Assembly: GCA_963827755.1 (NCBI GenBank)
Contig: CAWHCQ010000021.1
Coordinates: forward strand, 105,428 to 169,427
Reading direction: 5' to 3'
DNA from: an uncultured Gammaproteobacteria bacterium
GTDB taxonomy: Bacteria; Pseudomonadota; Gammaproteobacteria; UBA9214
Length of the DNA: 64,000 bases
Each line of letters starts with the position of its first letter. The first letter of the stretch is position 1. Position numbers and translations under genes: made by a program. Shown piece by piece: positions 36,500 to 47,698 of the stretch. Below the pieces are notes generated by a model, which was given only the letters and a program-made list of their open reading frames with translations, made no database searches and was not told the DNA's origin.

Positions 36500-37072
36500 T
36501 CAGTAGAAGGCGTAACCCAGCCGGAACAGATGCAGGTTCATACCATCATTTGGTCTCTTGATGCCGGCATTCGAGATGTGCTGAAAACGGTAGGCGATTT
36601 CGTACTGGCCGTTGCCGCCAAAGCCGAGTCCCACACCAAGCAGAGAGCCGAATTGAAATGCAGTTGAATATTCCTGGTAACCCAGTTGTGTTCTTGAAAG
36701 CAGATGAGGGCCAACCCCGGCCTCTGCATAGGGTGTAACACCGCGGGAGAGATTGGCATCGCGTTGATAGCGGAGCACCGGTGTCAGGCTGAGGTCCATC
36801 AGTTCATTGTTTTTACTGTTAGTCAGTCCTGAATCCATATAGGCAAGTTCTGCATCCCAGTAGCCGCCGAGATACCATGCCCCGCCCTTGAACCAGGTGC
36901 GCTCCCAGCGGTTTTGCAGTCCCAGCCGGTAGATATCGGTATCGTTGGAGCTTTCATCCTGGCCGAAGGTGAATGAGAAGGAATCGACCCAGCCGCTTGC
37001 GCCGGCGGCCGGGCTTAATGCCTGCGCAATCAGCAAGAGTGTTACGGCAGTCAGGCGGCGTAAATGATTCAT
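36500..37072 (-). CDS. pagL: PagL-like lipid A deacylase / acyloxyacyl hydrolase
   Basis: PYAEAGVG, STAFQF, RFQHISNAGIKRPNDG. Confidence 0.85.
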   Translation of the reverse strand: MNHLRRLTAVTLLLIAQALSPAAGASGWVDSFSFTFGQDESSNDTDIYRLGLQNRWERTWFKGGAWYLGGYWDAELAYMDSGLTNSKNNELMDLSLTPVLRYQRDANLSRGVTPYAEAGVGPHLLSRTQLGYQEYSTAFQFGSLLGVGLGFGGNGQYEIAYRFQHISNAGIKRPNDGMNLHLFRLGYAFY

Positions 37073-37135
37073 AGGCAGTCGTGGTGCACCATGTCGACAG
37101 TGTAATAATCGCACGGATCGGGTATTCAAGACAAA

Positions 37136-38524
37136 TCAGGTCATATAGATATAGTGTGGCAACCAGGTGGCCAGCTGCGGCCAGAAAGCCAGGATTATGA
37201 GCAGCAGCACCTGCAGCCCGATAAAGGGCATGACACCCTGGTATATGTGCCGGGTACTTATTTCTGCCGGTGCAACACCGCGCAGGTAAAACAGCGCGAA
37301 GCCAAAGGGCGGGGTGAGAAACGACGTCTGCAGGTTTACAGCAATCATGATGCCCAGCCAGACCGGGTCGAAGCCCATGGCCAGCAGCACCGGGCCGACA
37401 ATCGGTACAACTACAAAGGTAATCTCGATAAAGTCGAGTACAAAACCGAGCAGAAACATCAGCAGCATCACCGCCAGCATGGCGCCGAGTCGGCCGCCCG
37501 GCAGGTCGACAAGCAGATTTTCGACCACGGTATCACCGCCAAATCCGCGAAACACCAGCGAGAATATCGAGGCGCCGATCAGGATCATGAACACCATGCT
37601 GGTGATGCGCGTGGTGCTGAGTGTTACCTCGCCAAGGATTGCCATGTTGAAATATCCCCGCGAGATCGCCAGCAACGCTGCACCGATGGCGCCGACCGAG
37701 GCTGCTTCGGTGGGGGTGGCGATACCGGCCAGTATCGAACCGAGCACCGCAACGATCAGCAGCAGCGGCGGCAGCAAGCCACGCAGGACGCGTACGAGCA
37801 GTGTCCCTGCGTCTGCGGAACCGGCGGGCAGATCAGGCAGGCCCGGCAGTGCATCCCGGCGCGTGTTGGCAATATATGTGAGATACAAAAGGTACAGGGA
37901 GACAAGCAGCAAGCCGGGTAGCAGTGCACCGGCAAACAGGTCACCCACTGAAACGGTTTTCGGCGAGTAGATGCCCATGTCGAGCTGCGCCTGCTGATAG
38001 GCCGATGACAGCACATCGCCCAGCAGCACCAGCACGATGGACGGTGGAATGATTTGCCCCAGTGTGCCCGAGGAGCAGATGATCCCGGTCGCGATACGCG
38101 GGTCATAGCCATGTCGCAGCATGGTTGGTAACGACAGCAGGCCCATGGTGACCACGGTGGCGCCAACAATCCCGGTGCTTGCGGCCAGCAGCATGCCGAC
38201 GATGATGACCGAGTAACCCAGGCCACCGCGGATGCGGCCGAACAGCGCGGCCATGGTGTCGAGCAGGTCTTCGGCGATGCGCGAGCGTTCCAGCATGACA
38301 CCCATGAAGACAAACAGCGGTACCGCGATCAGGGTGATGTTGGTCATGATCCCGTAGAGCCGGTTTGGCAGTGCGCCAAGGAAGGCCGCATCGAAATTGC
38401 CGGTCATCTGGCCAACAAAGGCAAAGCCGAGCGCCGTGCCTGCCAGTGTAAAGGCCACCGGGAAACCGCTCATCAACAGCAGGCATACCACGACAAACAG
38501 CAGCAGCGGTATCAGCTCGGCCAT
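37136..38524 (-). CDS. dctM: TRAP large permease
   Basis: GFPVAFTL, SGTLGQIIPPS, TSFLTPPFG. Confidence 0.95.
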   Translation of the reverse strand: MAELIPLLLFVVVCLLLMSGFPVAFTLAGTALGFAFVGQMTGNFDAAFLGALPNRLYGIMTNITLIAVPLFVFMGVMLERSRIAEDLLDTMAALFGRIRGGLGYSVIIVGMLLAASTGIVGATVVTMGLLSLPTMLRHGYDPRIATGIICSSGTLGQIIPPSIVLVLLGDVLSSAYQQAQLDMGIYSPKTVSVGDLFAGALLPGLLLVSLYLLYLTYIANTRRDALPGLPDLPAGSADAGTLLVRVLRGLLPPLLLIVAVLGSILAGIATPTEAASVGAIGAALLAISRGYFNMAILGEVTLSTTRITSMVFMILIGASIFSLVFRGFGGDTVVENLLVDLPGGRLGAMLAVMLLMFLLGFVLDFIEITFVVVPIVGPVLLAMGFDPVWLGIMIAVNLQTSFLTPPFGFALFYLRGVAPAEISTRHIYQGVMPFIGLQVLLLIILAFWPQLATWLPHYIYMT

Positions 38525-38530
38525 GGCGGG

Positions 38531-39058
38531 TCAGGTCTCATCCTGCCGGCCATGGCCGCTGATCAGCAGAATGCTTTTCAGGAGGATGGCGCAGCCTTGC
38601 AGCATCAACAGCACCGCCATTACCGGCATGGTTGTCTTCAGCAGGTATACCGCATTGAGTCCGCCGGCTTCCTGCGAACCTTCCCGAACCGACCAGGACA
38701 GGGCAACATAATCCAGGCTGGAGAAGAGGATAAATCCGCATACCGGAAACAGCAGTAACAGGGTTCCTGCCAGGTTGATCCATGCGCGGGTGCGAAGGCT
38801 TTGCCTGCTGTAGAAGATATCAACGCGCACATGGCCATCTTCTTTCAGTGTCCAGGCAGCGCCGAGCATAAACACGCAGGCGTGCAGGTAGGTAATGGAT
38901 TCCTGCAGGGCGATGGAGCCGGTATTGAAAAGATAACGCAGCACCACGACGGTAAAGGTGATCAGCACCATTGCAAGCGTCAGCCAGGAAATAATGCGCC
39001 CGGTTATTTCTGCGAATCGATCAAGTTTGTTCGCGGTTGATTGCAGCAGCGGGTACAT
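38531..39058 (-). CDS. dctQ: TRAP small permease
   Basis: GHVRVDIFY, four TM segments. Confidence 0.93.
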   Translation of the reverse strand: MYPLLQSTANKLDRFAEITGRIISWLTLAMVLITFTVVVLRYLFNTGSIALQESITYLHACVFMLGAAWTLKEDGHVRVDIFYSRQSLRTRAWINLAGTLLLLFPVCGFILFSSLDYVALSWSVREGSQEAGGLNAVYLLKTTMPVMAVLLMLQGCAILLKSILLISGHGRQDET

Positions 39059-39109
39059 TTCAGTCGACAGTCGTGAAAACGGACACCGGGGTTGTTGGCG
39101 GTGCCGCTG

Positions 39110-39439
39110 CTACCAGCGGTGGATCATCCACTGGGGTACCATGATTCCCGGGTCCAGCTTGTTGTACCTGGATTCCAGCTTGCCATCGCCGTCAGCGTCG
39201 ATCAGGTAGTAGGGCAGGCCAATACCGGGAGTGATCTTGACCATGTAGAGCTCGCCATTCATGCGGTATTCCTCGATCGTGGCGCTGTCTTTTTTGATAA
39301 TCCTGACTTCCGGCTCCATCTCTTCACCGGCGGGACCGGTCTGCGGCAGCGCGGGTGCGTTCAGCGGTTCCAGTACCTGTGGTTCTGCTGCCAGCGGCAG
39401 GGATGCTGCAAGCAGCGTGAACAATAAAATATTTCGCAT
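39110..39439 (-). CDS. DUF2782-like secreted protein
   Basis: Signal peptide, EPEVRI, EEYRMNGELYMVKITP, PQW. Confidence 0.85.
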   Translation of the reverse strand: MRNILLFTLLAASLPLAAEPQVLEPLNAPALPQTGPAGEEMEPEVRIIKKDSATIEEYRMNGELYMVKITPGIGLPYYLIDADGDGKLESRYNKLDPGIMVPQWMIHRW

Positions 39440-39443
39440 GATT

Positions 39444-39579
39444 TTATTCCTGTAGTTCGAGAAGCTTGTTCCCGTTCCCGTTCGGAGGGTTCAAGGCCCT
39501 TGTGTTCATGATAATCTAAAATCGCGTCAACGACTTCCTTCGGGTCGTTCAATATCCGGAAACGGGTTTCGTTGCTCAT
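39444..39579 (-). pseudogene. C-terminal remnant of a LOG-family (TIGR00730-type) gene
   Basis: MSNET joined to FRILNDPKEVVDAILDYHEHKGLEPSERERE; position between polA and DUF2782. Confidence 0.5.
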
Positions 39580-39690
39580 GGCGGGTATTGTCGGGTCCCT
39601 GTTGGGGCTGCAGCGGCCATGTCGACCGATTTGTGACTGCTTTGATGATACCATGTTGCCTGCATATCAATTCGACAACAACAATCCGTC

Positions 39691-42409
39691 ATGCCTGAAA
39701 AACAGTCCGGACCCCTGATACTGGTAGATGGTTCATCCTATCTTTACCGAGCCTTTCATGTTCCCCAGCTGCAGCAACTGACCGACTCGCGGGGTGAGCA
39801 GACGGGGGCGGCCTACGGCGTTATCAACATGCTGCGCAGCCTGTTGTCCGAGTACCGGCCGGAATACATGGCGGTGGTATTCGATGCCCGCGGCAAGAAC
39901 TTTCGCCACGAGATGTACAAGGAATACAAGGCCAACAGGCCGCCGATGCCGGACGAACTGGCCTCGCAGGTCGAGCCGCTGCATGCCATGGTGCGGGCGC
40001 TGGGTCTGCCGCTGCTGATCATCGAGGGCGTGGAGGCGGACGATGTCATCGGCACGCTGGCGCGGCGGGCCGCCGAACAGGGCATGCAGACGGTGATCTC
40101 GACCGGGGACAAGGATATGGCGCAACTGGTGGGGCCGCAGGTCACGCTGATCAACACCATGTCGCGGACCACGCTCGACCCGGCCGGGGTCGAGGAGAAA
40201 TTCGGCATCCCGCCCGGGCGCATCATCGACTACCTGGCCCTGACGGGCGACAGCTCGGACAATATTCCCGGTATCCCCAAGGTCGGGCCGAAGACGGCGG
40301 CAAAGTGGCTGACCGAGTATGGCTCGCTCGACGAAGTGATCGCGCATGCCGGCGAGATCAAGGGCAAGGTCGGTGAAAGCCTGCGCGACAACCTCGATAC
40401 CCTGGCACTGTCGCGCAAGCTGGTGACCATTGATTGCGATGTGGCGCTGGAACAGGCGCCGGAGCAATTGCGCATCCAGCCGGCGGACGTGGACGGCTTG
40501 CGGGAGTGGTATACGCGGCTGGATTTCAAGCGCTGGCTGGAAGAGCTGGGTGCTGGCGGGGAGGCGCCGCCAGCAACTGCCGACGGCGCCGCGACGAATC
40601 CGGAGTATGAAACGATTTTGACCCGGGACCAGTTTGCGGCCTGGCTGAAAAAGTTGGAGCAGGCCGAGCTGATCGCCATCGATACCGAGACCACCAGCCT
40701 GGAATACACGGCGGCGCGTATTGTCGGCGTGTCGTTTGCAGTCGCGCCCGGTGAGGCCGCCTACCTGCCGCTGGCACATGACTATGTCGGTGCGCCGGAA
40801 CAGCTGAACCGCGAGTCGGTGCTGCAGGAATTACGCCCGATACTGGAAAATAAAGATATCTATAAAGTTGGTCATAACCTTAAATATGACAGAAATGTTC
40901 TTGCAAATCATGATATTAAATTATCAGGCATACGCTTCGACAGCATGCTGGAGTCCTACGTGCTGGACAGCACCGCCACCCGCCACAACATGGATGCGGT
41001 GGCCCTGAAGTACCTGGGACACACCACCATCAAGTTTGAAGAGGTTGCCGGCAAGGGGAAAAACCAGCTGACATTTAACCAGGTACCCATTGAAACGGCG
41101 GCCCCCTATGCCGCGGAAGATGCCGATATTACCTTGCGCCTGCACCAGGCGATGTGGCCGAAACTGAGCGCTGTACCCTTGCTGGAAAAGATTTTCATGG
41201 AGGTCGAGATGCCGCTGGTGACGGTGCTGTCCGATATGGAACAGACCGGTGTCGCCATCGATATTGCCATGCTGGAAAAACAAAGCGAGGAACTCGCCAG
41301 ACGTATTTCAGAAATTGAACAGCAGGCCTGGGACGAGGCCGGGCAGTCGTTTAACCTGGGATCGCCGAAACAGATCCAGGAGCTGCTGTACGACAAGCTG
41401 CAAACTGCCGGTCATTTCCAAGACGCCGAAGGGGTCGCCTTCAACGGCGGAGTCAGTCCTCGCGGAGCTGGCGCTGGATTATCCCCTGCCGGCCATGATC
41501 CTGGAGTGGCGCTCCTTCAGTAAACTGAAGTCCACCTATACCGACAAGCTGCCACTCCAGGTCAGCCCGCATACCGGCCGCATACATACCTCTTATCACC
41601 AGGCCGTGGCCGCGACCGGTCGACTTTCATCATCCGATCCGAACCTGCAGAACATCCCGGTGCGCACCGGGGAAGGGCGGCGCATTCGCCAGGCATTTGT
41701 GGCAAAGCCGGGATGCAAATTGCTGGCGGCCGATTATTCCCAGATCGAGTTGCGCATCATGGCGCACCTGTCCTCGGACAAGGGTTTGCTGCAGGCCTTT
41801 TCGGAGGGTACCGACGTGCACCGGGCCACGGCGGCCGAGGTGTTCGGGGTGAAGCCCATGGAAGTCAGTGCCGAGCAGCGGCGCTCCGCCAAGGCGATCA
41901 ACTTCGGCCTGATCTACGGAATGTCGGCCTTCGGGCTGGCGCGGCAGCTGGGTATCGCGCGCGGTGCCGCGCAGGAGTATATCGACCTGTATTTCCAGCG
42001 TTATCCGGGGGTGCAGAGCTACATGGAGGCCACTCGCGAACAGGCTCGCGCGCAGGGCTACGTCGAGACCGTCTTCGGCAGGCGCCTGTATTTGCCTGAA
42101 ATCAAATCAAAAAATGGCCAGCGCCGGGCCGCGGCCGAGCGTACCGCGATCAATGCACCGATGCAGGGCACGGCGGCCGACATCATCAAGCACGCCATGA
42201 TCGACCTGCATGCGTGGCTTGGCTCGGACACCGGCCTCGACATCACCATGATCATGCAGGTCCACGACGAGCTGGTGTTCGAGGTGGCTGAAGCCGACCT
42301 CGAGGCTGCCCGGGCGCCGATTACCGCGCATATGTGCGCGGCGGCCGATCTCAAGGTGCCGCTGGTGGTCGATATCGGCAGCGGCGTAAACTGGGACGAG
42401 GCTCATTAG
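39691..42409 (+). CDS. polA: DNA polymerase I (frameshift near 41402)
   Basis: [41 protein letters not shown]. Confidence 0.98.
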
Positions 42410-42424
42410 TTGCGCCGCGTGGCG

Positions 42425-42451
42425 GAACCTTCAGCAGGCAAAGCGGTCACA
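42425..42451 (+). promoter_or_regulatory. sigmaE/AlgU-type promoter
   Basis: GAACCT-N16-TCACA. Confidence 0.6.
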
Positions 42452-42457
42452 GAATTT

Positions 42458-42568
42458 ACGGAGGATCTGGTCCCATTCCCCCTCCCTGAATGGGATACCC
42501 TCCAGACCGATTCTTCGGAGTCGGGTTTTTAAGCCCCGGCATTTTTTCCCTGTTGCCGGGGCTTTTTT
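42458..42568 (+). ncRNA. Candidate sRNA at the Spot 42/ErsA position
   Basis: Three hairpins: CCCCTCCCT loop, C(UUCG)G tetraloop, GC-rich terminator plus U-tract. Confidence 0.65.
42531..42568 (+). terminator. Rho-independent terminator
   Basis: AAGCCCCGGCA...TGCCGGGGCTT followed by a T-run. Confidence 0.85.
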
Positions 42569-42680
42569 ATACCCGTGAAGTGAATCGAATTGACGGCAAA
42601 ATGTTGTTAAATACAACTTATTGCTGTGATATGCCTTTAATTCCATGAAAAGTGAAAAAGACATTCATAGCCGGCCCCGG

Positions 42681-43322
42681 TCAAGGATCCTTCGCGATGC
42701 CCGGGGCGGCTCGGGCCGGCTCGTCCGCCAATCCCAGCCACTGGTCCAGCACCTGCCGGACCTGTTCGCAGCCCTCGCGGTTGTGCGCAGAGAACAGTTG
42801 TACGCTGGCCTGGGCATGCCATTCGGGGAGTTGCTTGCGAACCTTCATCAGGGTGGCCCTGGCAGGTCCGCGTTTCAGCTTGTCGGCCTTGGTGAGCAGG
42901 ACATGGGTCGGTAATCCGGCCGCATGGCACCAGCTGAGCACTTGCCGGTCGGTGTCCTTGAAGGGGTGGCGAATATCCATTAACAGGATGACGCCGCAGA
43001 GCGACTGGCGGGTTTCCAGGTAGCGGGCGATATGGCGTTGCCACTGGATTTTCATTGACCTGGAAACCTTGGCGTAACCATAGCCGGGCAGGTCGACCAG
43101 TCTCAGCTGGTCACGCACCTCGAAAAAATTGATCTCGCGGGTACGCCCCGGGGCCTTGCTGATGCGTGCCAGGGACCTTTGCCCGGTTATCACGTTGAGT
43201 GCACTGGATTTTCCGGCATTGGAGCGGCCGGCAAAGGCCACCTCTGCGCCGCTATCCGCCGGCGCATGGCGTGCATCGGGCGTGCCGAGAATAAAACGGG
43301 TCTGTTGATAATGGTTGTTCAT
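42681..43322 (-). CDS. engB: Ribosome biogenesis GTPase YihA/EngB
   Basis: GRSNAGKSS, DLPGYG, TKADK. Confidence 0.96.
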   Translation of the reverse strand: MNNHYQQTRFILGTPDARHAPADSGAEVAFAGRSNAGKSSALNVITGQRSLARISKAPGRTREINFFEVRDQLRLVDLPGYGYAKVSRSMKIQWQRHIARYLETRQSLCGVILLMDIRHPFKDTDRQVLSWCHAAGLPTHVLLTKADKLKRGPARATLMKVRKQLPEWHAQASVQLFSAHNREGCEQVRQVLDQWLGLADEPARAAPGIAKDP

Positions 43323-43513
43323 GGCCGGGGTGTGCATTAAACGCGACCCGGCGTCTGTTTGAAAGTGGCCTGGCGCAGATTGTTCAGTTGACCCCTTGCG
43401 CTCAGGCAGGTATAAAAAGAGCCCTTTTTCGCCGCCACGCAGGCGCGTATTTTTACCGAGACATTGTCCAGCCCGCCGGAATGTTGGCAGGGCGCTACCG
43501 GAGCAGCATTGAA

Positions 43514-44125
43514 ATGAAGAACTGGCTAATTATCTCAACCACATTGCTCATCGCTGTCGGCATGGGCCAGGCCCAGGCCGCAGGTGATCCGCTGGCCGGC
43601 AAGTCGAAGGCGGAGCAGTGTGCGGCCTGTCATGGCGCGGATGGCAACAGCCTCAATCCGGAATGGCCCAAGCTGGCCGGGCAGCATGAAGGCTATCTGG
43701 TAAAGCAACTGTATTATTTCGAGGATGGCGAGCGGGAAAATGCCACCATGAAGCCGATGGCAAATGTACTCGATGCACAGGGACGTGAAGATGTCGCGGC
43801 CTATTATGCCAGCCAGAAGGTCAAGACGGGTATGGCCGACCCCGAGCTGGTGGAACTGGGCGAGCAGATCTATCGCAGCGGCAATGCCGTCAGTGGCGTG
43901 GCACCCTGCATGGGCTGTCATGGACCAAATGGTGCGGGCAATCCTGCCGCGCTGTACCCTGCATTGCGTGGTCAGCATGCCAAGTATGTGGAAAACCAGT
44001 TGCATGGTTTTGCCGAGGGCAAGCGGGTAAACGAAAATGCCAAGAAGATGATGCAGATCCTTGCCTCGCGTATGACCAACCGGGAGATCAAGGCCGTCGC
44101 CAGTTACATTCAGGGGCTGCACTGA
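43514..44125 (+). CDS. Diheme cytochrome c4
   Basis: Signal peptide, CAACH and CMGCH. Confidence 0.95.
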   Translation: MKNWLIISTTLLIAVGMGQAQAAGDPLAGKSKAEQCAACHGADGNSLNPEWPKLAGQHEGYLVKQLYYFEDGERENATMKPMANVLDAQGREDVAAYYASQKVKTGMADPELVELGEQIYRSGNAVSGVAPCMGCHGPNGAGNPAALYPALRGQHAKYVENQLHGFAEGKRVNENAKKMMQILASRMTNREIKAVASYIQGLH

Positions 44126-44243
44126 ACAGCGTGCCCCGGCCTGTGTGACCCGGATTCCGCCGGGTTCTGCGTAGTTAACGGTTGTACATTTTTCGCCGCC
44201 CCCCGGATGTCGCAGCCCGGCGGAGAAGCCCCGGGATTCAGTG

Positions 44244-44270
44244 AAACCTGTGCGCTGATTGCGTGTCAGA
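44244..44270 (+). promoter_or_regulatory. Possible sigmaE-type promoter for dsbA
   Basis: AAACCT-N16-TCAGA. Confidence 0.35.
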
Positions 44271-44408
44271 ACCTGCAGCCTTGCTGTACGGCGGTTGGCC
44301 TGGGGGAGTGTAACTGGCTTGAATGTCACCCGGTTAGCCTTTTCCGGTGTTAATATTTTTGTCAGGCCTGCATACCTGTGGTGAACTCTAAACGTGGAGT
44401 TGTTTATT

Positions 44409-45036
44409 ATGAAGACTGTATCAAGATGGATCTTTGCCCTGTTGTTGCCGATGCTCGTTTCGCTAACAGCCTGTGCAGAAGCTTATACGCAAGGCCAGGA
44501 TTTACGAGCTGTCCAACCCGCAGCCGACGTCCAGCGGCGACAGGATCGAGGTGGTGGAATTATTCTGGTACGGATGTCCGCACTGTTATTACCTTGAGCC
44601 CAACCTGAAGGAATGGCTGGCCAGCAAGCCGGATGATGTCGAATTCGTGCGCATGCCGGCAATTGTCTCGGCGAGCGCTGGGAATTTCTGGCGAAGGCCT
44701 ACTACACGGCGGAATTGCTCGACGTTGTCGACAAGACACATATCGCCCTGTTTGATGCGCTGCACAGGGAAAAACGGAAAATCACCGATGAGGCGGCACT
44801 GCAGGACTTTTTTGTTGCCCAGGGTGTCACTGCCGAGGACGTTCAAAAATACCTTCAACTCGTTTGCTGTGAATGTGAAAGTCAACAATGCCAGGCAGAT
44901 GACGCGACGTTATGCGATTACCGGGGTGCCGGCGATCGTCGTAAATGGCAAGTACAGTACCAGTGTGGGCATGGCGCGCGGCAATGAGGAAGTTATCAGG
45001 GTAATGAACTACCTTATTGAAAAGGAGCGCAAGTAA
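44409..45036 (+). CDS. dsbA: Thiol:disulfide oxidoreductase DsbA (several frameshifts)
   Basis: ELFWYGCPHC, GVPAIVVNGKY. Confidence 0.92.
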
Positions 45037-45158
45037 ATTCCGGTGACTGAAGATATACAGGGATTTGCCGACTATGCATGAAAGGGTCGACAATTGTTCA
45101 GCGTCTCGCTGGTCGGCACGACAGAGTCAAACAGAATAAGGGATCAGAAGTAGTTATC

Positions 45159-45989
45159 ATGGCCGGTTCATCAACTTCAGCGCAGCAGTTTTCCGGGTCC
45201 CGGACCCCGGATGGTGTGGATTTCAATATGGGTCAACGTATCCGCCTGCTCAGTTACAATATCCAGGCGGGTATCAGGACGGCGCGGTATCGTCACTACA
45301 TCACGCGCAGCTGGAAACACGTACTGCCCCATGCACAACGCTTCAGCAATCTTGACCGTATCGCACACCTGGTAAAGAGCTATGATGTCGTTGGTTTGCA
45401 GGAGCTTGATGCGGGCAGCCTGCGCAGTGGCTATGTAAACCTGACGCAGTACCTCAGCGAGAAGTCTGATTTGCCCTTCTGGTATGACCAGACCAACCGC
45501 CGTATCGGGCGTTTTGCCTCTCACAGTAGCGGTGTCCTCAGTCGTTTTAGCCCGACCGAGATTGTTGAACATCGCCTGCCGGGCCGGATTCCGGGGCGCG
45601 GTGCCTTGTTCATCCGCTATGGCTCAAAGAAAGATTCGCTGGTGGTGCTTATCGTGCACATGGCATTGAGTCGTCGTGTGCGCATGGTGCAGTTCGACTA
45701 CATCAGCGAGATCGTCAATGAATACCGCCACGTTGTCCTGATGGGCGATCTGAATTGCGGCTCTGACAGCAAGGAAATGGATTACCTGATCAACCGTACC
45801 CTGATGCGCGAACCGGCCCATGATATGCACACCTTTCCCAGCTGGCGACCGCAGCAGAATATCGACCATATCCTGGTCACGCCGACACTCCAGGTCGACC
45901 ACGTCAAGGCGCTGAACTTTTCCCTCTCCGACCATTTGCCGGTCGAGATGCAAATTACCCTGCCGGACTCGATAGTGCTGGGTAGTTGA
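45159..45989 (+). CDS. Endonuclease/exonuclease/phosphatase family protein
   Basis: LSYNIQ, GLQE, MGDLN, IDHI, SDHLP. Confidence 0.92.
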   Translation: MAGSSTSAQQFSGSRTPDGVDFNMGQRIRLLSYNIQAGIRTARYRHYITRSWKHVLPHAQRFSNLDRIAHLVKSYDVVGLQELDAGSLRSGYVNLTQYLSEKSDLPFWYDQTNRRIGRFASHSSGVLSRFSPTEIVEHRLPGRIPGRGALFIRYGSKKDSLVVLIVHMALSRRVRMVQFDYISEIVNEYRHVVLMGDLNCGSDSKEMDYLINRTLMREPAHDMHTFPSWRPQQNIDHILVTPTLQVDHVKALNFSLSDHLPVEMQITLPDSIVLGS

Positions 45990-46095
45990 TAGGACTCACT
46001 GTCCCGATCTAGATAGGCACGCCCATCGTATTTCGCGCGAGCGGCAGGAACGATGAGACCGAAAGATCCTCCAACCAGGTTGTCGGCCTGCTGGA

Positions 46096-46501
46096 CTAGA
46101 TGTTTCTGTAGAGATCGTTCAACAGCAACTCCGCAAAACCGACGATACCCTTGAGTTCTCCGTAGTCGATGACCGGCGCATAGGAAAAACCGAAATTGCT
46201 AAACAGGCGCGCACAGTAGCGGATATCCATATCAGGATCGACACCAACGACCGGCTTGGTCATGACTTCATAGACGTTGACACGTTCGGGAGCACGGTCG
46301 ACCGCCAGTACTTTATGTGCAATATCGGTCAGCAGCACGATGCCATATTCATCATTATCATGGCGTTTGTCGACGATCAGGACACGCCTGCCGTACTTCT
46401 TTCATTATGTCCAGCGCCTCGTCTACCATGAGCATTCCGTCGACAAGCTGGTAGTTGTCGGTCATGACATCACGGACGCGAATGATTTTTTTTTCACTCA
46501 T
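46096..46501 (-). CDS. CBS-domain protein (frameshift near 46390)
   Basis: VRDVM, VYEVMTKPV, MDIRYCARLF. Confidence 0.85.
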
Positions 46502-46847
46502 AGTTTTTCCTCCACATAGGGCCTAGCTTGGTGATCTGCCGGGCAACTCCGACGGCATCCTCGACATCGATCTGGAAGGCGATTCCGGACCCGGGGTTGC
46601 TGTCGAATTCACCTATACGTGCTATGGCTTCGAGGATATCACGGCTCATGTGCTCCTCGACGAGGAACATCAGCATGTCGCGCTGGGTTTCCAGGTTCAG
46701 GCCGAAAAATGTTTTTTCCACCTCTATACCTTCACCACGGACCTGGTTCAGCACGGTTGCGCCGGTTGCGCCGGCCTCGCGGGCGGTGTTCATGATCTTG
46801 TCGGTCTTTTCATCCCTGACCAGGGCAATGATTAATTTAAATTGCAT
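46498..46847 (-). CDS. P-II-like regulator
   Basis: FKLIIALV, AREAGATGAT, RGEG, GSGIAFQIDVEDAVG; probable indel near the 3' end. Confidence 0.85.
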
Positions 46848-46872
46848 GGCTGTTTACCTCTCTCATCTGAAT

Positions 46873-47698
46873 TCACTTAATAATGCATCTGTCATTGCTG
46901 TCATTGCTGTCCTGCGACTGCTGGCGCTGTTGCCGCCTGTTCCACCATGCACCGAGTTGTGCATAGCCGATGACGGAAATGATCGGGAACAGGCATGGCA
47001 AAGGCGATCAGCCCAAAACCGTCGAGCAGCGGGCTGCGTCCCGGAATGGTGCTCGCCAGCCCGATTCCGAGTGCTGCAACCAGCGGCACCGTCACGGTGG
47101 ACGTGGTGACACCGCCCGAGTCGTAGGCCAGCGCGATGATCATGCGCGGTGCAAACAGTGTTTGAATGACCACGACGATATAGCCGGCGATGATGTAGTA
47201 GTGCAGCGGGGTGCCGGTGACAATACGGAAGGTGCCGAGTGCAATACCGATGGCCACGCCGATCGCAACGGCGACACGCAGGCCCCAGACGCTGATGGCA
47301 CCGGCTGGAAACCTGGTTGGCCTTGATGGCCACGGCGATCAGCGCGGGTTCCGCAATGGTGGTGGAAAAACCGATGGCCGCGGCAAACAGGTAGACCCAG
47401 GTGTAGTCGCTCCAGTGCAATGCACTGGCGGGCACGTGCAGCCGCACCGCTGATGAATGCCGGGTCGGTCAGTTGCTGTGCCATCAGCTTGCCGATCGGG
47501 AACAGCGCCTCTTCCAGGCCGACGAGGAACAGTGTCAGGCCAACCAGCACGTAGATAAAGCCGATCAGCACGCTTTTCAGGTTGCGGGATACTCTGGCGC
47601 AGCACCAGCAACTGGAAGCCGAAAATGATGGCAACGATGGGCAGGACATCCAGTACCGTCGACAGGCCCGTGTGTAACAGGTGTGCCAGCAGTTCCAT
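46873..47698 (-). CDS. DUF1538 membrane protein (multiple frameshifts)
   Basis: [42 protein letters not shown] across frames. Confidence 0.85.

Noticed and set aside
41395-41410. Programmed frameshift in polA (and other genes)
   Set aside because: No slippery sequence or stimulatory structure; similar indels occur throughout, consistent with sequencing error
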